From Octopus sinensis (Eukaryota): a stretch of DNA of 64,000 bases. Every line of letters begins with the position of its first letter. Position 1 is the stretch's first letter. The stretch covers positions 79,484,001 to 79,548,000 of the forward strand of contig NC_043006.1 in NCBI RefSeq assembly GCF_006345805.1, read 5' to 3'. Of this stretch, positions 54,206 through 64,000 are shown in pieces. Position numbers and translations under genes: made by a program. The notes below the pieces were generated by a model. It had not been told where the DNA came from, did no database searches, and was given only the letters and a program-made list of their open reading frames with translations.

Positions 54206-54347
54206 CTGGGCTTGCCTCAGAATATTGAGCATTCTTTGATAAACAGGATTATCTGCTTTCAAAACTTCTTTGTGAAAAGTTGTTGCCATAATGTCGAAAA
54301 TTCTGGGTAAGTTGTTGTTATTTTCTCCGAGAATTATCACATTGTTT
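54206..54347 (-). CDS. IPO5: Importin-5 penultimate exon (NNVIILGENNNNLPRIFDIMATTFHKEVLKADNPVYQRMLNILRQAQ)
   Basis: Acceptor atttcag, donor GTAAAA; 142 nt, phase 2-0. Resembles importin-5 NHPIVLGPNNTNLPKIF...RQVQ. Confidence 0.93.
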
Positions 54348-56214
54348 CTGAAATAAAAATTAATAATAAAAGTAAAAGTAGTAAATCTCTTGGACAAGGA
54401 TTCATACAGCTGAGGTGCTCAGGTTTCTACGGCGCATAATTGACTGAAACCACAACATCCCCACCCTGAACAGGATTCCAGCCTGTTGTAGTATTGCTGG
54501 GTGGATTGGCGCAACGTGGGATGAAGTGCTTTGCTCAGGAAAGCGACACACCACCCAATTCAAGATTTTGCAACCTTGAGTGCCACACTCTAACCATAAG
54601 GCCACATGCTTTCACAAATTAGAAGTAAAAGGTAGGAAACATTAATTCAAGATATGAAGTAACTACATTTGTCGTCGTCATCATCCTCATCGTTTAACGT
54701 CCACTTTCCATGCTAGCATGGGTTGGACGAAACAGATGGCTGCACCAGGCTTCAATCTTGATCTGGCAGAGTTTCTACAGCTGGATGCTCTTCCTAACGC
54801 CAACCACTCCGAGAGTGTAGTGGGTGCTTTTACGTGCCAGTCAGGCGGTACTGGCAACGACCTTGCTCGAATCTTTTACACATGCCATCAACACAGGTGC
54901 CAGTAAGGCGATGCTGGTAAAGATCACGCTCGAATGGTGTCTTTTACGTGCCACCGGCACGAAGGCCAGATAGCTGCTCTGGCAACGATCACGCTCAGAT
55001 GGTGCTCTTAATACCCTACTAGTACGGGGCTTGAGTGCCAGTAAGGCGACACTGGTAACAATCACGCTCGAATGGTGCATTTTAAGTGCCACTAGCATGG
55101 AAGCCGGTTAGCCACTCTGTCAATGATCACACTCGTATGGGGCTCTTTGCACCCCGCTAGGATGGACGCCAGTCATCGAATTTGAGTTTGATTTTGATTT
55201 TGATGCATTCACAAAAAGAATTCTAAAAATGTATTCCAAAATAAGTAAAATGGTAAAAATTAAGAAACAAAATTACACAGTACCTGGGGCAAGTGTATTC
55301 TATTATAGCCCCAGACTAACAAATGCCCTGTGAGTAGATTTGGTAGTGGAAGCATGCCATGTATATGTGAGTGCATGTGTGTGTTTAGGGGCAGTTTCTG
55401 CTCCTCCCGTACTGAACCACTTGACAACCAGCACTGGTTTGTTTACACCCCTTAACTTAGCAGTTTGGTGAAAGACACCAAAAGAATAAGTAGTAGACTT
55501 AAAACCCTTCAAGACAGTGCTCCAGCATGGCTACACTCCAATGGCAAATAAATAAAAAATAAAAGATAAAGAAGATACACTGATGTATCTTATATGTTGT
55601 TATTTAGCCCATGGTAGTCTTTACTAAGCAGAATATGGTCAAAGGCATTCTTTCCATAATCATTCTGGTTTTATGTTATTCAGACAGGTTATTTCAGATT
55701 GTATCGCTCAATATTAAGGTGCAAGAATGGTTGTGTGGTTAAGAAACTTGTTTTCCGGTCATGTGGTGTTGGATTCAGTCTTACTGTGTAGCACTTGTGC
55801 CAAGTGCCTGCTATTATAGCACCAAGTAAAGCAAAGTCTTATGAGTGGATTTGGTAGATGGAAACTGAAAGACTGTTCTCTGTGTATGCACGTTCTTATC
55901 TGAGCATCGCATGATGATTGCAATTAAGCATCCCTGTCATACAAATGTTATTTATTTTCAGTTTTCTGTGAAAAATATATTTGACCATGGGAAACAGGCG
56001 AGGGTTGACAACAGGAAGGGCATCCAGCTGTACAGATGCTGCCTCAACAAATTCTGTCCGACCCATGCAAGCATGGAAAAGTGGATGTTAAATAATGATG
56101 GCAATAGAATTATGATTTGAGATTTGGCTTGTGCCATGTAAAAAGCACCTGCGCTAACGCAACATAAAATGCACCCATGCTCGTACCACATAAGAGGCAC
56201 TCATGCTGGCGCTA

Positions 56215-56785
56215 TAATAATAATGAAATTATTGTATACAGTGCTCAGGTGCACCACAACTTGTCAAAAGTGCATATAAAGTATATGCAGTAACGTAAAA
56301 ATGTCTGGAAAGCAAACAGTGTATGAGTCAGATACATGCTTGTGTGTGTATGGAGGGGAGAAAATGAGGTGTAGTGTTGGCGAATCTCAGGAAGCATGGA
56401 AGTTTTGAAGGATGCAGTGCTCCGACAAATAACAACTGATGCCGGCAGTCTGTTCCATGAATATCAATAATTTTCTTGCAAAAATATAATATAAAAAAAA
56501 AAAAAAAAAAAACAGAAAGGGAGAGAGAGAGAGATGGAAGGCAAAGTTGAACTTTCTTTCAAAGTCATGGGAGCTGTGCTGTTTTCTGACTTTATAAACA
56601 TGTCCACGGGTGTTAGACAGGTGGAGTTTGAAAAGGTGCTCAGAGTTATTGTTAGTAAGATACTTAATAATTTTATGGGTGTCTGCCAAGTCAGCTGCCA
56701 GACGTCGGAGTTTCAATGCATCCATGCCCAGGGAAGTAAGGCGTTCAGAATATGGCAAATGCCTGATGGAGGGTATTCTCTTGGT
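56215..56785 (-). mobile_element. CR1-like LINE 3' end inside an IPO5 intron
   Basis: HLPYSERLTSLG...LRRLAADL...NTRGHVYKV, then WNRLPASVV...FKTS and an (ATT)n tail; interrupted at about 56460-56545. Confidence 0.85.
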
Positions 56786-57310
56786 TTGTGTCAGCATCAC
56801 AGAAAAAGCACCCAGTACACACTGTAGAGTAGTTGGCATTAGGAAAGGCATCCAGCCTTGGAAACCATGCCAAAACAGATGACTGGAGCCTGATGCAGCT
56901 CTCCAGCTTGTCAGCTCCTGTCAAACTATTCAACCCATGTCAGAATGGAAAACAGACGTTAAATGATAATTAAGATGATGATTCTTATTTCTTTACTGCC
57001 CACAAGGGGCTACACACAGAGGGGACAAACAAGGAGAGACAAGCGGATTAAGTCGATTATATCGACCCCAGTGCATAACTGGTACTTGTTTAATCGACCC
57101 CGAAAGGATGAAAAGCAAAGTCGACCTTGGCGGAATTTGAACTCAGAACGTAGCGGCAGATGAAATACCGCTAAGAATTTCGCCCAGCGTGCTAACAATT
57201 CTGCCAGCTCGCCGCCTTATGGTTGTGATGATGATTCTGTCAGGTCAAACAACATATAAAGGCTACTTTATTTTTATGTTTGCAAATTGAATACAAGAAT
57301 GTATACTTAC

Positions 57311-57539
57311 ATTTGAATTAGATCACAAAGGTAGTTGTAGACATGCTCTGCTTCGTCTTCGTCTTCCCAAATTGGCAACCAGCTGAGCCAATGAGGCAGA
57401 ATATCATCTACGTTGACGTGGTTTGGACAATATTTGCAGATTTTGGTAACAGCTGAAATGATGTTCTCTGTGGCACTAAGGTTTTCTGGTTCTCGAGAAT
57501 CTTGTAGTTGGATTACTTTCACTAACATTGGTAAAGATT
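57311..57539 (-). CDS. IPO5: Importin-5 exon (ESLPMLVKVIQ...ATENIISAVTKI...ILPHWLSWLPIWEDEDEAEHVYNYLCDLIQ)
   Basis: Acceptor ctgccag, donor GTAAGT; 229 nt, phase 1-2. Motifs ATENxISAVxKI and LPHWLSWLP match importin-5. Confidence 0.95.
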
Positions 57540-59576
57540 CTGGCAGAAAGGAAATGCAAAATCTTGATGAACAATTGAATACAAAGACACACTCACTGAT
57601 GACATTGTATTCTTAACAACAAAAATTTTGATCCCCTAAAACGGGCCTTCCTCTTCAGGTCCAAAAATATATTTCAGGTATGGTTTTATGGTTTTATGCT
57701 TTGCAACCTCTGTTTTGGGTTCAGTTCCACTGATGGTATTAGTATTCCTCTTAAATACGGCTCTCATTCCAGCCACTGTCACTGAGTTCAATCTTCTCCC
57801 TCCATCCAACATGCCCCACAAAGCAACAAAATGTTTTCATGTCTTCCACCTTCATACCGTTTCCAAGATTCAACTCAACATTCCTCACAGCTGCAGCTCC
57901 CTCTATAACATATGTCACCCCATCCCCCGTTAATCCTTGCTCTAGGACAATTAAACAGCCTTAAAATGCTTATTCTATTTAGCAAAGAGACAGATAGAGA
58001 GAGGGGATATTTTCTTGTTTTGATCACAAATTTTGAAATTTTCATGCTGAATCTGATATTGTGATCCATTTAACCATTTTGATACCAACCCACCTGAAAC
58101 CACCTCTGGGTCTATAAGTACAAATGTCTTGTTTTCATAAGTTTTGAATTAACATCTTCCACCAAACCTTAGTGACAATTTATGTTCCTAACACTAGCTG
58201 AATGATAACTAAGTTATTTTTACTAAATTCTTTGTTATATTTTAAAAAATTGAAAGAAACACAGCATCTCAAAAGAAATACAGTAACAAAAGGGTTAATC
58301 CAGCAAAATTTTAGAAAAATGTGACAGATATTTAAATTTTGATAAATTTTTACCCAATCAAAAAACAAGACTTCGAAGCTAGAATTTTCTGTGTGTGAGA
58401 GACAGTGAGAGAGAGAGGGGGTGTAAATATATATGTATATAGAGAGGTAAATTTGGTGATCTGAAAGTTGAGTTATTTCTTGTATCAAAATATATTTTTT
58501 GATCACTATTTACTGAAAACCTTCTCCTTGCGATACTCTCTTTTACTTGTTTCAGTCAGGTGACTGTGGCCATGCTGGAGCACCACCTTTAGTCGAGCAA
58601 AATCGACCCCAGGACTTATTCTTTGTAAGCCTAGTACTTATTCTCTTTGGCCGAACCGCTCAATTACGGGGACGTAAACACACCAGCATTGGTAGTCAAG
58701 CGATATGGGGGGGGGGGCACACAAACGTATACACACACATACACATGACGGGCTTCTTTCAGTTTCTGTCTACCAAGTCCACTCACAAGGCTTTGGTCAG
58801 CCCGAGACTATAGTAGAAGACACTTGCTTAAAGTGCCATGCAGTGGGACTGAACCCAGAACCATGTGGCTGTGAAGCAAGCTTCTTAGCACACACCCACG
58901 CCTGTGCCTGTTTTTAAAATTTTTCTATTAGTAGGTCAAGTGAGTATGTAAGGCCATTCAGTGGCATTGAACCTGGAACCATGTGGTTCATAAGTAAGCT
59001 ACTTACCACACAGCCACTCCTATGCCTAGGATGTAGATTTTGAAAATCAAATCTATTTTTCTCAAGGATGCAATTTCAGAGCCTTTCAGTGGTATACAAA
59101 CATACACTCTCATTAATATAGTAAATATGTGATGTAACATTAATGTTTGTTTTATGTTGTTTATTTAAGATTAACCTGAAGGATTACTCAATACTTTTTA
59201 GTAGAGTACACATTTACTAAACTTTTACAAGAAACAGGCTGATCATGACTATATGTGTGTACATACATACACATATATATTCAATTATATATAAGGAATG
59301 GTGGACTTCTGCTTAGCTTCTGTCAGCTAAATTTTATGCACATGATAGTGGTTGGCCCAGGGTCAGAATACAAGATGCTTACTGAAAGGGCCAAGCAATG
59401 CAATAAAACCAAGAAAAATCTAATTAAGAAGCAAATTTCTTCACCATATAGCTATAGCATTTGATTTGTTTTTGTTTTTTGTCCATGCTCTCTTTAAACA
59501 TAGTTAGATGATAAACAAACAAAAACAGGTGGAACCAGAAGACGGAATATGTAAAAGGATGGATTAAATAACTCAC

Positions 59577-59721
59577 CGACACAGACTTGATGAAAAACAG
59601 GTTCTGCAAACATTGCCATGACACCAATGCCGTAAGATGCAGCCTGGCGAACTTCAGGACGTTTATCACAGATTGACTGAACCATTTGGGGCACAAAAAA
59701 GTCTCTGTACTTAATTGCTGC
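59577..59721 (-). CDS. IPO5: Importin-5 exon (AAIKYRDFFVPQMVQSICDKRPEVRQAASYGIGVMAMFAEPVFHQVCV)
   Basis: Acceptor ttattag, donor GTGAGT; 145 nt, phase 0-1. Contains the HEAT-repeat motif EVRQAAxYGxGV typical of importin-5. Confidence 0.95.
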
Positions 59722-61237
59722 CTAATAAAATAAAAAGTAACGAAAGAACAAGACTGAATTATAAAATACTTTGATATTTACATTTCTCCTTTTAAGGTAT
59801 AAAAAAAGTAACAATAGAAGTAGAAGCAGTAATTAAAATAATAGTATTAAACAATATTTTCTATAGGCACAAGGCCTGGAAATTAGTGAGAGGGGTAGTC
59901 AACTACAGTCAATCCCAGCACTGAAATGGTATTTATTTCATCGACCCTGAGCTTGGAGTGTTATGAGCCAGAAGAAATACCACAAAAGTATTTTGTGCAG
60001 CATGTTCACAATTCTGCTGCCTTAGTAATAATAACAACAATCCTTTCTACCACAGGTACAAGGCCTGAAATATGGTGGGAAAAGGACAGTCAATTACAGC
60101 AATTCCAGTACTCAAAGAACTGGAACTTATTTTATTGACTCCGAAAGGATAAAAGGCACACTTGACTTCAGCAGTATTTCAATGTAAAGACAGACAAAAT
60201 GTTTAGTAGCATTTTGTCCAGTGTGCTAACAATTTTGCCAACTCACCAGATCCAACTTAAAATAATAATTTTCTTTTAAAGCAATGATAACAAGGGTTTA
60301 CTTTCTGTTTCTCAAAATTTTCTTGCTTTGAGTTTTAAGTGTTTGTAGCTATCCACCTGTTTTGGGGAGGCTCAGCAACTGTAGTAAATTTCATAGTAAG
60401 GTAGGGCACTATACAAAACAGTTTTCTGTTATATCCTTTCTTCATATGACATTCCATAGGCTTTGCATTTGAAGCCATTTTGTGCCATACCTTATCAAAA
60501 CATTTTAACCCTACTGTGGGATAATAAGACCATAATTACCTGCTCTATATGTATGTGTTAATAACTGGACTACCATCATCATCATCATCTAATGTCCGCT
60601 TTCCATGCTAGCATGGGTTGGACGGTTTGACTGTGGGCTGGCGAACCAGACGGCTGCACCAGGCTCCAGTCTTGATCTGGCAGAGTTTCTACAGCTGGAT
60701 GCCCTTCCTCACGCCAACCACTCTGAGAGGGGACCAGTCAGGTGGTACTGGCAACGACCTTGCTCGAATTTTTATTTTTATTTTTTTTACACATGCCAAC
60801 GGCACAGGTGCCAGTAAGGCGATGCTGGGTTATATGCAATCTAAAATGTGCTACCATTTACTGACTTTTAACTAGACATAATGGCAAGCATCACATTTAC
60901 TGCTCAATAATTCAAGCATGTTTCCAGAAAGATGCCCCACTCCGACTGATTAAAATTTTTTTTTTATTATCTCAAATCTATTTTGGTTTCTGTACTTCTG
61001 AAATCAATCAAATTAGTAACAGCCAATAAAATATGTACTGGGTTAATTCCAATTGATCTATATACTTGAAGGTGATGTCCTAGTATGGTCACAGTTTAAA
61101 AGACTGCAATCAATAAAAGAATTAAAATAAGGGTTGCAATTAAGGGTCATATATAATTATACAAATACAACAAACGCGTAGTCCAATATAAATAAATGAC
61201 TTTTAGAAACAGACAAAGTAAAAGAGTTTGTACTTAC

Positions 61238-61312
61238 GACATCTGTATGTTCAACAACATCATCCCAAACACACAACCCCCATTGTCGGTCAGCCCAGGG
61301 TCGGTCTGGATT
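61238..61312 (-). CDS. IPO5: Importin-5 exon ([25 protein letters not shown]); absent from the ORF track
   Basis: Acceptor ccacag, donor GTAAGT; 75 nt, phase 0-0. Matches the importin-5 motif RPWPDRQWGLCIFDDVIEH. Confidence 0.93.
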
Positions 61313-63147
61313 CTGTGGTGGTGATAATAGAAATAACAGATGAAATGATAAAATCCACCAAATTTATATTTATTACTGAAAACATCAAGAATCTCCAATT
61401 GTCTCTGAATGAGAGAGAGGGAGAGAGAAACAGATAGGTGTATGCATAGCCATGGGGTTAATATATTTACTTTGCAATCATGTTTCCCAATTTAATCTTT
61501 CAATGTACCACTTTGGATAAAGGTCTTCTACTGTAAACATGGGCTAATCAATACCTTGTGAATGGAATTTGGTAAGCAAAAATTATGTGGAAGCCTGTCG
61601 TGTGCGTGCACATGTGTTATTGCCTGAGCAATAACTGGAACACCAAATTATGTCCCTTTATCATAGGGTAAAAGAGTGACAGGATGGGGGAAAAACTTAG
61701 CCATTCTATGAAATATGTACAAAAACTGAAATATGGTCAGTATATTCAATTCAAGGTGCTGCCTCATCATGTATGCAAGTCTAATGACTGAAACCAATAC
61801 TTGGATCTATAATAGTCATTTTGGACCAATGGAATTCTAGCACTTAAATTGTGGTTTCGATTGTTGGTACCAGCTCACAGCCACTTTGTATTCATACCAG
61901 AGAGGAATGCTGCCATACAGACTGCTAGATAAAAACTGAACTAATTATGCAACCTTTATACTTGTTTCAGCCATTCGACTGTGGCCATGCTGGAGCTCTG
62001 GCTTTTGTTGAACAAATCAACCCCAGGACTTATTCTTTGTAAGCCTAGTACTTATTCTATCGATCTCTTTTGCTGAACTGCAAAGTTATGGGTATGTAAA
62101 CACACCAACATCAGTTGTCAAGCGGTGGTGGTGGTGGTGGGGAAACAAACACAGACACACAAATACATGTATGAAATCTGCGATGAGGAATCAGTTTCTG
62201 ACTGAAGAACGAAGGCTTTGAATGACCCGTTGTCTGTTATGTTCGTCCCTTCGTGTATTTCACATTATTTATTTATGTAAAGGTTTATTATATATATATG
62301 ATGGGCTTCTTTCAGTTTCTGTCTACCAAATCCACTCTCACGGTTTTGGTTAGTCCGAGGCTATAGTAGAAGACACTTGCCCAGCATGCCATGCAGTGGG
62401 ACTGAACTCGCAGCCACTCCTGCACAATGTTATTTTGTATATTCCATATATCTAACGATACCAGCAAGTCTAAGAATCATACATTGGTCTCAAATTTTGA
62501 AACAGCGCCAACAATTTCGGTGGAGGCTAAGCCGATTACATCTATCCCAATGCTTTACTAGTACTCATTTTATTGATACTGAAAGGATGAAAGGCAAAGT
62601 CGACCTCAGCAGAACGTGAACTTAGAATGTAAAGATGGATGAAATGCCACGATTTTTCCGGTTCACTGAATCATACTTTAAAATTAGGACATTGTTGCTA
62701 GTTTGTCGCCATTTTCATCCTGCACTCATTCTTAATGTCGAAAGCCTTGCTTGAATACAGTCCCCTACCCTGATTGCTAAACACACCCCAATCAGCACCT
62801 AGGCCATGGAGACAACATCAAACTATCACTGATGTCAAGGATTCTGGTGTGACTGAATAGTTAAGAATCATGAGGTCGTATGTTCAATCCTGCTGTGTGG
62901 CGTCTTGAAATATTGCTATTTACCCATATAGCCACAAGCTGACTCAACATTCTGAGAGAAAATGGTAAATGGAAACTAGAAGCCTGTCAGATGGATTGTA
63001 CCTGTGATTCAAAGGGCTTTATCAACCAAAGAGATTACATTTAATTAAACACCCTCACACACATTAAATACAACTACAAAAATTATAAGCATACAAGAGG
63101 CACTGAAAAGATTCAGATAACACAAGAAATTGAAAAATGGTACTTAC

Positions 63148-63270
63148 TAGCAGCTTAGCAAAATGCTGTGACATTGTATCAAATATTGGAATAAAATCTT
63201 TTTTATGGGTACCAAACAATGCATGAATGATATCAGAAATTTTGCTCAAAATGTAAACATCTTCAAGGTC
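63148..63270 (-). CDS. IPO5: Importin-5 internal exon (DLEDVYILSKISDIIHALFGTHKKDFIPIFDTMSQHFAKLL); most 5' IPO5 exon in the window
   Basis: Acceptor ctgtag (63271-72) and donor GTAAGT; 123 nt, phase 0-0. Peptide resembles vertebrate importin-5 DDNDVYILTKVSDILHSIF (recalled). Upstream exons lie beyond the window end. Confidence 0.92.
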
Positions 63271-64000
63271 CTACAGAAATCAGAAAGGAGTCATAATCAG
63301 AATTTATATAAATGAGAAAACTACTCAACATGTTTTATTTCGCACATACTTAAAAAATATTTTTGAGAAAACTGAAATGTATGCAGACATGTTTGTTACT
63401 CAGTGCATGGCCTTTGGCTCCAACAATACATATTGAAGAGTGTGTTATGGAATATTAAACTGGACAATCAAGATTTTGTGTGGAAAATTATTACCAGGCA
63501 TGATAGAAAAGGACAGCAGTAATATGGTCAGTGTTATGTGCCATGCAAAAAGAGGACACAGCAGCACTTTAGCTGAGCCCAAACTTCGCACACTAATTCC
63601 ACTAAGGCCAATCTTAATGTAACAGATGTATAAGCCCCAGATCAAGCCAGATTAAAGCTGTTCCAATCATAACCAAATTGTATTTTTAGACATCTAGAAG
63701 CACATGGTCCAAGATCAAGAATACGTGTCGCCTGGTCCAGGAATTGTAACCACAATCTTATGATTACGAGTCCAATACCTCAACCACTCGGCCACATATG
63801 TCCATGATCCCAATGTATTCACAACAGACATTTTATGGATCTAAGGCAAGAGAAAGCTTTTAATAAAACTGCAAATTTCAAGCCTAAAATCAAATGCTCA
63901 AACATCCACAACTGCTCTGAACATGAATTTACTATATAAAAGAACGAAGCACTTTTGGAAACTTTTAAGAAAATTCCACTAAAATTTTCAGAATAAGACA

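Overview
Eukaryotic, AT-rich, microsatellite- and SINE-dense DNA. The repeat content looks cephalopod (Octopus-like); this is an inference, not a database result. The only protein-coding gene I can identify is the 3' end of importin-5 (IPO5/karyopherin beta-3) on the minus strand. I traced six GT-AG exons by hand (63270-63148, 61312-61238, 59721-59577, 57539-57311, 54347-54206, 49090-48992); they are phase-consistent and end at TAA, followed by a ~570-nt 3' UTR. The rest is mostly layered mobile-element debris: three tRNA-derived SINE families, RTE, CR1-like, Tx1/L1 and RLE-type LINE fragments, Penelope-like terminal repeats with hammerhead-like cores, a full-length decayed mariner, Helitron pieces, hAT-, piggyBac- and Merlin-like MITEs, and an LTR with a tRNA-Trp primer-binding site. 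Several small plus-strand exon-like segments (18-30 kb) suggest an unresolved second transcript. The most unusual structure is an inverted, order-permuted copy at 16561-16867. It is complementary to two of those exon-like segments, and three of the four mismatches in its 162-bp arm fall on splice-site bases.
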